Shown here one piece after another: positions 26,372 to 34,785 of a stretch of 41,684 nt of DNA (within the stretch, counting starts at the first letter, position 1; each line of letters begins with the position of its first letter). The stretch comes from a virus (lineage: Duplodnaviria; Caudoviricetes): positions 1 through 41,684 of IMG/VR virus record IMGVR_UViG_3300006428_000004; one strand, 5' to 3'. The translations under genes were made by a program, and so were the position numbers. The notes under the pieces are model-generated. The model made no database searches. It had not been told where the DNA came from and saw only the letters and a program-made list of their open reading frames with translations.

Positions 26372-27250
26372 TCATGCCCGGCGCTCCCGGTAGAACAGGT
26401 GCCCGCCGATGCGCCCGGTGCAGACCATGTTTTTCGCCCACTTCGGGAAGGTGCGCATGGACGCCGCGTGATAGCCAACGGCGTTGTGCGTCGGGTCCTG
26501 GCTGTTGCCCAGAATGGCGTCCCGCGCCGCCTCGCAGCAGCACGACCAGTCACCGTCCGAAAAGTCACCAATCAGAATTTTGTGCAGGTTGGCATCGTCC
26601 TGGTTCAGGCAGGAAAATTGCCGGGGATGCAGGCACACCGACGTGACGTCCGTGCCCCAGCCGCGCGGCCGCGCCACCCGGTTGAGCACCACGTGGGCGA
26701 TGGCCCGGGCCTCGACGGCATCAACGCCGCGGCATTCGCCCCAGATGACCCTGGCCAGCAGTTCCGCCGGGGCCAGATCGGCCAGGGCGGCACGATTGGC
26801 CACGCGCAGGGCTTGCGTGGAGGCCGACGCCGGGGCGGTCTCCCGGGAGGGATCGGGCGACCACCCGTCGGCCGGCTCGTCTATCTCGAAATGGGGGAGG
26901 TCCTTGAACGATTCGAAGTCTCCGCCCCAGCGGAGAACAACCTTGAGTTCCCGGGCCGCCTGCTGAAAGGCCAGGGCGATTTCCAGGAACTTGCGCTGGC
27001 TCGTCCAATCGACCGGCCAGGGAACCACGTCGAGCGCCCGGGAGGGGTCGTAGTTGTGGGACGACTCGCCAAAGTGGGCCTTTGAGCGGCCGGCCGCGAA
27101 GGCCGCTTCCTGGGCCTCGCGCTCCCGACGTCCTTCGGTGATGGTGAAATCGATGGTGGTGATTTCAAGCGCGCGCTTGGCTACGGCCTGCAATGCCGGA
27201 TGGCAGGTGGCCAGATTGGCCAAGGACCGCTTGCTGAAAATATATCCCAT
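26372..27250 (-). CDS. Endolysin: M15-type peptidase fused to SleB/Hydrolase_2-type cell wall hydrolase
   Basis: EG.R....Q, SSH...ALD, WGGD...D.PHFE in the N half; LARVIWGECRG, VVLNRV, QFSC.N, IGGHLFY in the C half; GGAGG RBS. Confidence 0.88.
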   Translation of the reverse strand: MGYIFSKRSLANLATCHPALQAVAKRALEITTIDFTITEGRREREAQEAAFAAGRSKAHFGESSHNYDPSRALDVVPWPVDWTSQRKFLEIALAFQQAARELKVVLRWGGDFESFKDLPHFEIDEPADGWSPDPSRETAPASASTQALRVANRAALADLAPAELLARVIWGECRGVDAVEARAIAHVVLNRVARPRGWGTDVTSVCLHPRQFSCLNQDDANLHKILIGDFSDGDWSCCCEAARDAILGNSQDPTHNAVGYHAASMRTFPKWAKNMVCTGRIGGHLFYRERRA

Positions 27251-27287
27251 GGCATCCTCCCTGACCGGGCGGGCCGCCCGATGCTCC

Positions 27288-27370
27288 ACAGGTCAAAATA
27301 GTTCATATTTTGACCTGTTTGGGAAGATGATAAAACGTGCGGAAACGATATAAAACGTCAGTTTACGTCA
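27288..27370 (-). promoter_or_regulatory. Putative late promoter region
   Basis: -10-like TATCAT (27332-27327), four ACG-centred repeats 10 bp apart, 13-bp perfect inverted repeat 27288-27318. Confidence 0.55.
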
Positions 27371-27553
27371 ACACCCTATTGCCAAACCATGGTCTGAATA
27401 GAATCTGCGGATTTCCGTCCGTGTGGTTTGCCACCTGCCCCCTATTTTTTTCACCACAAGTCCCTCTTGGCGCAGGTTTTCAACCCGACTCCAAGAGGAA
27501 CAGTCTAGCGCATCCATGATTTCCTGCTTCGTGGTCAGAACTTCCTTGCCCAT
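27368..27553 (-). CDS. Small Xis/MerR-like winged-HTH protein, candidate late regulator
   Basis: 61 aa, LTTKQEI..L..S...V....G....KIGGRW; last gene before the lysis operon. Confidence 0.6.
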   Translation of the reverse strand: MGKEVLTTKQEIMDALDCSSWSRVENLRQEGLVVKKIGGRWQTTRTEIRRFYSDHGLAIGC

Positions 27554-28020
27554 CACAGCCCCCGGCGTGCTCTCCCTCTGTACTGCTCCACCACCCATGG
27601 TCCCCTTCTCCCCTTTCTCGTGGCTGCCAAGAACTCCAACCAAAAGAACCTTTCCGCACATGCAGACCATTTTACCCTCGCGTCGTCTTCCCAATGCCCT
27701 TTCACCTCGTGGACCTCGACGCCACCGTCGGATCTGACCACGAAAAAATCGGGCGTGTAGAAAGTCTTTGTCGCCAGCCGGAGCTTGACGCTCTCGAACA
27801 GGATTTCCACCACCTCGCCGGCCAACAACCTGGGCCGCAGCATTTGTTCCAGGTAGGCCGCCTCCAGGCCGTTCATTTCCCCGGACACATGCCGGGCCCG
27901 GCCTCCTCCGGGACGGGAGATGGCCAACGGCTCCGAAGCCGCCGCCTGCCCGCCGCGTTGTCCGGACTGCCGGAAGTAGGCCCGGGCCTGTGCCGCCGTC
28001 CAAACCTCTTGCCCTGCCAT
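27553..28020 (-). CDS. PD-(D/E)XK endonuclease (DUF1064-like, possible resolvase)
   Basis: MNGLEAAY, YTPDF, HEVKG, DARVK. Confidence 0.8.
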   Translation of the reverse strand: MAGQEVWTAAQARAYFRQSGQRGGQAAASEPLAISRPGGGRARHVSGEMNGLEAAYLEQMLRPRLLAGEVVEILFESVKLRLATKTFYTPDFFVVRSDGGVEVHEVKGHWEDDARVKWSACAERFFWLEFLAATRKGRRGPWVVEQYRGRARRGL

Positions 28021-28442
28021 CAGCGCACCACCCGCAGCTTCGGGGCCTCGGCGGTCTCCTCGCCCAGGCGCGTGCGCACCAGCGAAAACGCCCACGCCCA
28101 GGCGTTCCCCGCCGCCGCCTCGTGGACGAAGCGACACAACACCGGTGCCAAGGCGTCGACCTGCACGTCTCCGGAAAGCAGCAGCCCCAGCACATACCGC
28201 AACAGCGCCGCCCGTTCCGGCGGCAGTTCTCCCCCCGCTTCCATCCTGGCCAGGGCGCGGCGGATGCCTTCGGCGTTGTCTGTGACCGGATGCCGCAGAC
28301 AACCGCATGACGCCTGCTTGAGCCCGGCGCTCCGCTCCCGTGCGACCTCGCGGCCGCAGGCCTCGCAACGGAACAGCGCCCAACTGACCCGGTAATCCCC
28401 GCGCTTGCTGGGACGTGTCGGCAAGGCGCGCACCAGGATCAC
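28020..28442 (-). CDS. Hypothetical protein with Cys motif
   Basis: GTG start overlaps upstream stop; CEACG...SCGC. Confidence 0.55.
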   Translation of the reverse strand: MILVRALPTRPSKRGDYRVSWALFRCEACGREVARERSAGLKQASCGCLRHPVTDNAEGIRRALARMEAGGELPPERAALLRYVLGLLLSGDVQVDALAPVLCRFVHEAAAGNAWAWAFSLVRTRLGEETAEAPKLRVVR

Positions 28443-28837
28443 AGCGCCCGTCCCTCCTGGCAGGTGGGGTAGAGTATCTCCCGCTTGATGCGATCCAGCC
28501 ACTTGCGCCCGTTGGCAATCTCCGCCTCGCTCGGCGGAGGGCTTACCGGGATGTCCTCGGCAAACGCACCTGTCAGGGCCTCGGCCCGCAAAGTCTGGGC
28601 CGCCTCCATCACGGATGCCGGCGTGGGCCAGTACCGCGCCTTGGCCCGGGCCGCCTGGCAGGCTTCCCGGAACTCGTCCAGGGTCAGCGACCGGCAGTCG
28701 GCGGCGTAGTCCTCGGCCAGCAGATCAAGCCCCGCCAGCTTGGGCGACTGTGGCCAGTGCAACCCGAATTCCCGTTCCAGGACTTCGCGCACCCTGGCCA
28801 CGTCGGCCGGGCTTTGCGGGTTGATGGTCAGGCGCAT
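28439..28837 (-). CDS. Putative helicase loader/inhibitor-like replication protein
   Basis: Follows the initiator; WPTPASV motif. Confidence 0.5.
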   Translation of the reverse strand: MRLTINPQSPADVARVREVLEREFGLHWPQSPKLAGLDLLAEDYAADCRSLTLDEFREACQAARAKARYWPTPASVMEAAQTLRAEALTGAFAEDIPVSPPPSEAEIANGRKWLDRIKREILYPTCQEGRAL

Positions 28838-29838
28838 GACGCCTCGCCTCCCTGCCGCTGCGCATCGGGCTGGCCGTTGCGCTTGCGCATGCGGTCAAGC
28901 ATTTCCGAGTAGGCCGCGTTCGCCGTGCGGACCTCGGCGGCCGGTCGCGCCGGTCCGTGCTCATCCTCCCAGCGCCGGTCCGTGATCCAGCCTTGCGCCC
29001 ACTTGGGCGCCTGTCCGGCGCGTTCCAACGCCGGCCGGGCCTCGGCCTCGCGCTTAGCCGCCAGCACGATTTGTTGGCAAATGGCGTTGTTGAGCTTGGG
29101 GATATCCAGCCAGGCATCCGCCGCCGCCGCTTTGCCGTGCTTGAAATCAAACGCTGTCCAGAAGGTTTCGAACCAGGCCAGCCGCAGTCCGCGCAGCTTG
29201 CGCCGCTTCTTGGTCAGGAAATAGCGATCGCCTTCCGGCGGCTCCGGAGCCTGTCCCTCCTCCCCCTGGTTTGCGTGTGGCCGGTCGCCAGACCGGCAAT
29301 AAGTGGGAGGTTCCTTGGTAGGTTCCTTGATAGGTTCATTCCCTATTAAAGGGGTCGTACCGTTTTTGGGACTGTTTCCCGTCCGTTTTGGGGACTGTTT
29401 CCCGGAAAAAACGGGACTGTTCCGTTTTGGGAACTGTTCCGTTTCCGGTACTGTTTCGCCTTCGGAAGCGTCCCTGTTTTGGGAGGGTTCCGTTTTGGGA
29501 ACTGTTCCGGTTTGGGAACCGTTCCGTTTTTGGGCCTGTTTCCGGGCGGCCTGCTGTTCGTCCTCGCGGCCGACGACCCCGACGATGCGGTAGCAAACCA
29601 CCTGTTTCGTCTGGCCGGAGCGCCGGCCGGTGTCCTCGATTTCCCCGGCCCGGAGCAGGGAGCCCAAGGCCCCGATGACGGTCTTGCGGTTGAGGTTGGT
29701 ATCCAGCACCAGCCGGTTTACCGAGGGCCAACACACATGGTCTTCGCCGGCCCTGTCGGCCATGGCCAGCAAGACCAGCTTGGCCGCCGGTCGGAGCCCC
29801 TGCCGCTGCCACGCATGCCGCGTCGCGTCGATGCTCAT
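28828..29838 (-). CDS. Replication initiator (lambda O analogue)
   Basis: N-terminal KLVLLAMAD.A.....CWPS wHTH, central iterons, C-terminal FETFW..F..K.GK..A..AW...W....RWEDE. Confidence 0.82.
   Translation of the reverse strand: MSIDATRHAWQRQGLRPAAKLVLLAMADRAGEDHVCWPSVNRLVLDTNLNRKTVIGALGSLLRAGEIEDTGRRSGQTKQVVCYRIVGVVGREDEQQAARKQAQKRNGSQTGTVPKTEPSQNRDASEGETVPETEQFPKRNSPVFSGKQSPKRTGNSPKNGTTPLIGNEPIKEPTKEPPTYCRSGDRPHANQGEEGQAPEPPEGDRYFLTKKRRKLRGLRLAWFETFWTAFDFKHGKAAAADAWLDIPKLNNAICQQIVLAAKREAEARPALERAGQAPKWAQGWITDRRWEDEHGPARPAAEVRTANAAYSEMLDRMRKRNGQPDAQRQGGEASCA
29357..29545. repeat. Iteron array / probable replication origin
   Basis: About 8 degenerate copies of CCGTTTT(T)GGGA(A)CTGTT inside the initiator gene. 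Confidence 0.75.
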
Positions 29839-29853
29839 AATCCTGCCGTCCTG

Positions 29854-30696
29854 TTAGCAGCCCTCGGCCAGCAACATGCCCTGCCGAGTCGTCGAAATAT
29901 TGGGAGAAAGCCACAGGCATTCCACACGAGGTTTTGCCCCATCTGCAAACCATTTGTGCGAAATCATCTTCCAATCCCCGAACAAATTACGGTACAAGTC
30001 ACAGTCATAACCGGACAAGACAACCATGCCTTTCAATTGATGCAGAACTTTTGAAAGTTCCACGTGATCTTCATTCGTCATTTCATAGCGATAACACTTG
30101 CCACCATATCTCGTTCCCCTAGGATATGGTGGGTCGATGTAAAAAAGTACATCACTCCTATCGTGATATGAGATCAATTCAAGGGCAGGCCGGCACTCAA
30201 TCGCTACGCCTTGAAGGCGTTCAGTGAAAAGATGCACGCAGTTTGGGTAATTCCGCCAATCAGCAGCAGGGGATGTCCCACTTCTGAAAGATTTCCCCCG
30301 AAATCCTGTTCTATGTTCATGATTTATTGCTGCCGAACCGAACCCCATAAATGAACGAACAATAGCGCGCCGCGCCCGCTCTACGGGACATTCAGTTATT
30401 TTGTAAGAAGAAACAAATTCCGACCTCGCAAAAGGGGTCAGTGAAAGAGCGTTGACTAAAAGACAAGCCATATGCTCATCGCGTAGTACTCGGAAAACAT
30501 TAACAACCTCATCGTCCATGTCATTGAGCACCTCGGCATAGGCCCGCGGCTTCTGAAAAAAAACACTGCCGGCCCCTCCGTAGGGTTCGACATAAATTCG
30601 ATGCGCCGGAAAATGGGAGATGATCCAGGGGGCCAGACGCCACTTGCCGCCATGGTAGCGCAGTGCCGGCCGCGCCAGGGCCTCGGCGCTGGTCAT
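29854..30696 (-). CDS. DNA adenine methyltransferase (Dam/D12 class)
   Basis: RYHGGKW, YVEPYGGAGSV, YIDPPY; start MTSAE overlaps upstream stop. Confidence 0.92.
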   Translation of the reverse strand: MTSAEALARPALRYHGGKWRLAPWIISHFPAHRIYVEPYGGAGSVFFQKPRAYAEVLNDMDDEVVNVFRVLRDEHMACLLVNALSLTPFARSEFVSSYKITECPVERARRAIVRSFMGFGSAAINHEHRTGFRGKSFRSGTSPAADWRNYPNCVHLFTERLQGVAIECRPALELISYHDRSDVLFYIDPPYPRGTRYGGKCYRYEMTNEDHVELSKVLHQLKGMVVLSGYDCDLYRNLFGDWKMISHKWFADGAKPRVECLWLSPNISTTRQGMLLAEGC

Positions 30697-31259
30697 GCTG
30701 CCACCTTGTAGGCCCATCCCTTCATGGCCGCGAACCACAATACCGTATCCACATAGGCCACGGTCTGGCCGAACTCCCCCCTGGCCAGGGCCTCGCACAT
30801 GGCTTGCGGTTCAACCCATCCGTGTAGTGCGGCAAGCCTGTTCAAATGGACGTCCGGCTTACAAAATCCCGTGATGCCCAGGTTTTTACCCAACTGGAAC
30901 GGCAACGCTTTCCCGCCCATATAGGGCCATGTTCGGATAATGCGCAGGCGTTCGGCATCGGTGCTGGCGTGCTGGTATTCCTGCCAGCAACCACGGTACC
31001 GGCGAAACATTGTCTGAATAGCTTTATCCTTGTGAGGATGGGAGCACCGACCGGTTTCGTTCAGGTGCTCTTCCATGGACCGTGCTGCCCGGTAGGATAT
31101 TCCGGAGCACAGCACTACCCAAATGTACTGCCGGAGCATGGTCACCGCATCGGGGCAGGGAGAGAGCCCGCGTGCCCATTCCGCCATGTCCACCCCCTCG
31201 GCATCAGCCAGAACCAAATTTTCAAGTGCCCCGAAAGGGGGAAGCGTCTGGACACTCAC
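30693..31259 (-). CDS. Helix-hairpin-helix DNA glycosylase-like protein
   Basis: WPYMG...QLGKNLG....KPDVHL.RL resembles the HhH-GPD signature. Confidence 0.55.
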   Translation of the reverse strand: MSVQTLPPFGALENLVLADAEGVDMAEWARGLSPCPDAVTMLRQYIWVVLCSGISYRAARSMEEHLNETGRCSHPHKDKAIQTMFRRYRGCWQEYQHASTDAERLRIIRTWPYMGGKALPFQLGKNLGITGFCKPDVHLNRLAALHGWVEPQAMCEALARGEFGQTVAYVDTVLWFAAMKGWAYKVAA

Positions 31260-31471
31260 CCCACCACCTCCAGTTCATCGCCCCAATAAAGCTCTACCCT
31301 GGGCGAGGCGTTGGCCGGGTTGACCCGCTGCAGCCCGACGAACCACCTTCCGCCCCGGGCTGCGGCTATCACGCGTTGCGCCCCGGGCAGGGAATTTTCA
31401 ACCACCCCATACCGTCCGGGACACAGCCCGCACGAGGCTTTGACGCGCACGCGCATGCCCGCGGCTACCAT
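31256..31471 (-). CDS. Small hypothetical protein (possibly SH3-like)
   Basis: GMRVRV...G.YGVV...DELEV; fills the gap between neighbours. Confidence 0.45.
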   Translation of the reverse strand: MVAAGMRVRVKASCGLCPGRYGVVENSLPGAQRVIAAARGGRWFVGLQRVNPANASPRVELYWGDELEVVG

Positions 31472-31884
31472 GGCTTCGGCCCCCGGCCGGACCATGCACG
31501 GGCCAGTCCTTGCGCTTGTAGGGCCTTGGCCGCATCCACGCCCGAGCATTCCACCCTGGCCAGGACACGGCGATACTTGTCCGAGCCCACATGGCGCAGC
31601 GCCACAACGGAGCCCACCGGACACAGGGCGGCCAAGGCATCCCGGGCCTCGACAGCCAGGCGCGCATAACCCGGCCGCCTGTCCCGAAGCTCGGGGGCAT
31701 CCACCTTCCGCAACCGGACCCGCCGCACACGTCCCCGGTCCGCACATGCGGCGCAATCGATCCGCACCCGCATCGTGTCCCCGTCGTGCACCGACACCAC
31801 CGTGCCGGTCCGGTCCTCGGCCAGGGCCGCGCCCGCCAGACACAGCCAGGCCGCCGCCAACAGCAAAACACGCGCCCGCTTCAT
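31465..31884 (-). CDS. Thermonuclease (SNase) family protein with signal peptide
   Basis: VVSVHDGDT, VRL..VDAPE, DKY.R.LA.V, GLAR; N-terminal signal ending ALA. Confidence 0.88.
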   Translation of the reverse strand: MKRARVLLLAAAWLCLAGAALAEDRTGTVVSVHDGDTMRVRIDCAACADRGRVRRVRLRKVDAPELRDRRPGYARLAVEARDALAALCPVGSVVALRHVGSDKYRRVLARVECSGVDAAKALQAQGLARAWSGRGPKPW

Positions 31885-32114
31885 GCCGCCACCTGCGCCC
31901 GCTTGGCCACCGTCCGCACGATGTCGCCCAACGACCCCGGCCCCACGCCGGCATCGCTCCACATCTCATAGGCAACGGCCATGGCCGCGTTGCGCAGTTC
32001 GTGCGCATCGTCGTCCGGCAACTCCGCGTTGTGGATGGCGTCGGCAAAGGTGCCGTCCATAAGCAGCCCGGCCAAAAAACCCTTGATGATCCGTTGCGCC
32101 TGATCCCTGGTCAT
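31881..32114 (-). CDS. Hypothetical protein
   Basis: ATGA-coupled on both sides; AAGGAGG RBS. Confidence 0.6.
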   Translation of the reverse strand: MTRDQAQRIIKGFLAGLLMDGTFADAIHNAELPDDDAHELRNAAMAVAYEMWSDAGVGPGSLGDIVRTVAKRAQVAA

Positions 32115-32470
32115 GACAGTGCCTCCTTGACATGCTGCATAAGGAAAAAGATGGGTTTGCCGCACATGCGCGCCAGCCGCATTTCCGCCGTGACGCCCAC
32201 GGATTCGCGCCAGCCGTCCAACGTGAGCACGGCCATCTGGTCGGCCCAATCAAGGATGAAACCTTTGCAGGTCTCTTCCCAATAGCGCCAGGACGTGGGC
32301 AAATCGCCCGCCTTTGCGAGGACGTGGCCGTGCGTGATGGGCGAATAGACCTGATGCCCGAGCGCCATAAGTCGGGCGGCCTCGACGGTCAGCGCCTCGA
32401 ACCGCTCCTGCCGGACCTCGTCCAGCGCGTGCGAATAGGGCCCAGCAAGATAAATGCGTTGTACGATCAT
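32111..32470 (-). CDS. DUF1937-like / nucleoside deoxyribosyltransferase-fold protein
   Basis: IYLAGPYS, VYSPITHGH, GWRESVGVTAE. Confidence 0.75.
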   Translation of the reverse strand: MIVQRIYLAGPYSHALDEVRQERFEALTVEAARLMALGHQVYSPITHGHVLAKAGDLPTSWRYWEETCKGFILDWADQMAVLTLDGWRESVGVTAEMRLARMCGKPIFFLMQHVKEALS

Positions 32471-33021
32471 GCCCCCCGCCTCCAGAATTGCCACCACGGC
32501 CGGGCCTGGCGCCCGGTGAAAGGAGAGACGGCCCCCGTCCCTGTGGCGGCGAAATACATTTCCGCCGACCCTTCGCGCGGCGCATAGCAGGCCGCCGCCG
32601 CTTCCAGCCCCCGCACCGCCCGGGACAGCAGCGCCGAGACATCAGACGGCGCCGCCTCTCCCCGGTACAGCGTGGCGAAAAAGCGGTCCGTCATCTCCCT
32701 GGCCTGCGACAGGACCTCGGCGGCATCGGCATCCTCGGGCAGCGGCGTGCGATCCACCACCCGCAACCCCAGGGCCTCGGCCAGGATATGGACCGGCGCG
32801 GCCGCTTCGGCCTCGAACCCGCGCAAGTCGAGTTGCCGGCACAGCGTGGCCAGCTTCTCCAACGGGTTTTCCCGCCACTGGTCGGCATGGTTCGTGTCCG
32901 CGCCCCAGCGGTAGACCTCGCGTTCCGACACCCGGAACAGCGTCACCAGAAAAGCGCGCCCGAGCAACTTGCGCGCCAAGCAGAAAAACTGCCGTGAATC
33001 GTAAGGAGAAGGTGTATTCAT
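32467..33021 (-). CDS. Putative CII-like regulator
   Basis: HTH-like VSEREVYRW...NPLEKL downstream of cro. Confidence 0.5.
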   Translation of the reverse strand: MNTPSPYDSRQFFCLARKLLGRAFLVTLFRVSEREVYRWGADTNHADQWRENPLEKLATLCRQLDLRGFEAEAAAPVHILAEALGLRVVDRTPLPEDADAAEVLSQAREMTDRFFATLYRGEAAPSDVSALLSRAVRGLEAAAACYAPREGSAEMYFAATGTGAVSPFTGRQARPWWQFWRRGA

Positions 33022-33101
33022 GCCGGGGTTCTCTTTATTTTCGCTCCCCCTCGCGGTATTGAATCGGTGCGACCCAAACCCAAACCGCAAGGAGAAGCGA
33101 A

Positions 33102-33299
33102 ATGGAAAATCAGCAAGACTTGTCCGAAGTCATCAAAGAATGCACTGACAAAATTGTTGCGTCGAACCTCACGCTTGCAATCGTCCTGCATGAACAAAAC
33201 ACGAACAGATCAGCCTTGCCGTGGAAGTCGCCGCAACTTTTGTACCATGAACTTCTTAAAGGGCTTAGACCTGCCCGCGCATCAAATCGGACGACCTGA
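33102..33299 (+). CDS. Small hypothetical protein, opposite strand to the early operon
   Basis: AAGGAG RBS; occupies the gap between minus-strand genes. Confidence 0.5.
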   Translation: MENQQDLSEVIKECTDKIVASNLTLAIVLHEQNTNRSALPWKSPQLLYHELLKGLRPARASNRTT

Positions 33300-33591
33300 A
33301 TGACCGCAATCCCCCTTCCTCACTCATAAGATGAGGGATTGCGGACTCCATGGCGGCCATTTTGGTAAGCCCCAGCACCCCGAGCAGCACCAGCCGTTCC
33401 CGAAGAGTTTCCGCCTCCGGTGTGGTGCAGCGCATTTGTTGCAGCGGCGCGTACCACGGGGCCGCCACCTCACATTTGCTGCTGCCATCGCCCACGCCCA
33501 CTAACGGCTCCATGTCCATGCTTTTGAACTTGCGTATGGCCTCAAAAATATCCTCACACGCCTGCAACTGCTTCGCCGTAAACTGGTTCAT
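33265..33591 (-). CDS. Hypothetical protein
   Basis: AAGGA RBS before MNQF. Confidence 0.5.
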   Translation of the reverse strand: MNQFTAKQLQACEDIFEAIRKFKSMDMEPLVGVGDGSSKCEVAAPWYAPLQQMRCTTPEAETLRERLVLLGVLGLTKMAAMESAIPHLMSEEGGLRSFRSSDLMRGQV

Positions 33592-33688
33592 GGCTTCCTT
33601 CTCCCGGCCTCCCGGCCGTGTTGCTGGTTGACGTCGCCCCGGCGCGTGCCGGCCGCTCCGGCAATCGCCGTCATCCTTTGACCTCGCC

Positions 33689-33925
33689 CTATGCCGCATC
33701 CCCGGCTATCGTTTCCATGGGAACATCCCAGGTCGCCCCCGTCGGGCGGCGAGGGCCGTACAGGAAAGGCCAGAGCTTTTCGAGGGTTCCGGATCGCATC
33801 TCTTTCCGCTCCCCCTTGATGAAACGAGTGATGATGTTGACCCGGACGCCGCTTTCTTTCGACAGACGTGAGGCGGACCAACCGTCCAATCTGACCAGGG
33901 AGGTGAGGTCTTGGCGTAAGTTCAT
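33689..33925 (-). CDS. Cro-like HTH protein
   Basis: 78-aa HTH (SASRLSKESGV....ITRF), divergent from the repressor. Confidence 0.8.
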   Translation of the reverse strand: MNLRQDLTSLVRLDGWSASRLSKESGVRVNIITRFIKGERKEMRSGTLEKLWPFLYGPRRPTGATWDVPMETIAGDAA

Positions 33926-34035
33926 GGGGTCTTACTAACCAATTGGGAATATTTCTGTCAAGAAAACTTTCCCCTCTGGGAATTGCCGTAGACCGTAAAA
34001 ATTCCTAGGCAACAGATGGAGTACCCAAATGGGAA
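33926..34035. promoter_or_regulatory. OR-like region: three 14-bp operators and cro promoter
   Basis: TAACCAATTGGGAA 33936-33949, TTCCCCTCTGGGAA 33969-33982, TACCCAAATGGGAA 34022-34035; TTGACA on minus strand at 33962-33957. Confidence 0.8.
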
Positions 34036-34784
34036 TATATGAAGACGTCATAGGCTGGCTGGATCGCCTATCCAAAACGCGGTTTAAGAACCCCGCCCAT
34101 ATGGCGGAGTTTCTTGGCGTGCCGGTGAACCAGATAACCAGATGGATTAAAAAGGAACGAGTTCCCAAACTGGATACGATCGGGCCAGCCTTGGATAAGC
34201 TGGGCGCGACGATCATCTTACCGGAGGGCGTGGCCGGTATTGTGCCCCAGGATACCAGCCGTCCCGTGCGCTTCCTGGACGCCACCGTCATACACAACGG
34301 CCGCCACGATCACCTGCCCCAGCCATCCCCGGACAAATACCGGGCCATCCCGGTGGTCTCCGGCGAGGTCGCGGCCGGACCCGGACTGCTGCCCGAGGAT
34401 GGCATTGAATCCTGGATGATTCTTTCCACCGCCGAACCCGCCGTGCGCCGGTCATCCAACCTGCTCGCCGTGCGCGTGGGCCGGCGCCAGCGGTCCATGC
34501 TGCCGCTGATCCATCCCGGTTCGACCGTACTGGTGGATTGCGACGACCGGAATCCGGCAACGGAATCTGCCATCTACCTGGTGTGCGACCCCCACGACGG
34601 CCGGGCTCTGAAAAAGGTGCGCGTCTTCACCCGACACAATGAGGAGTTCGTCACCTTCTACTCACTGAACGCCGAAGAGTATCCGCCGTTCACCTATAGC
34701 GTGGACCAGGACTTTGAAGGAAATCTGGAAAAGGCCATCATCGGACGTGTGGTTTGGCAATGGCAGGATTTGACGGGGGGATAA
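34029..34784 (+). CDS. CI-like repressor (HTH + S24 autopeptidase)
   Basis: N-terminal HTH, VAAG cleavage site, RSM.P Ser, LKKV Lys, IIGRVVW. Confidence 0.9.
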   Translation: MGIYEDVIGWLDRLSKTRFKNPAHMAEFLGVPVNQITRWIKKERVPKLDTIGPALDKLGATIILPEGVAGIVPQDTSRPVRFLDATVIHNGRHDHLPQPSPDKYRAIPVVSGEVAAGPGLLPEDGIESWMILSTAEPAVRRSSNLLAVRVGRRQRSMLPLIHPGSTVLVDCDDRNPATESAIYLVCDPHDGRALKKVRVFTRHNEEFVTFYSLNAEEYPPFTYSVDQDFEGNLEKAIIGRVVWQWQDLTGG

Positions 34785-34785
34785 T

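Noticed and set aside
29357-29545. CRISPR array
   Set aside because: Degenerate near-tandem repeats without unique spacers, inside a CDS, no cas genes
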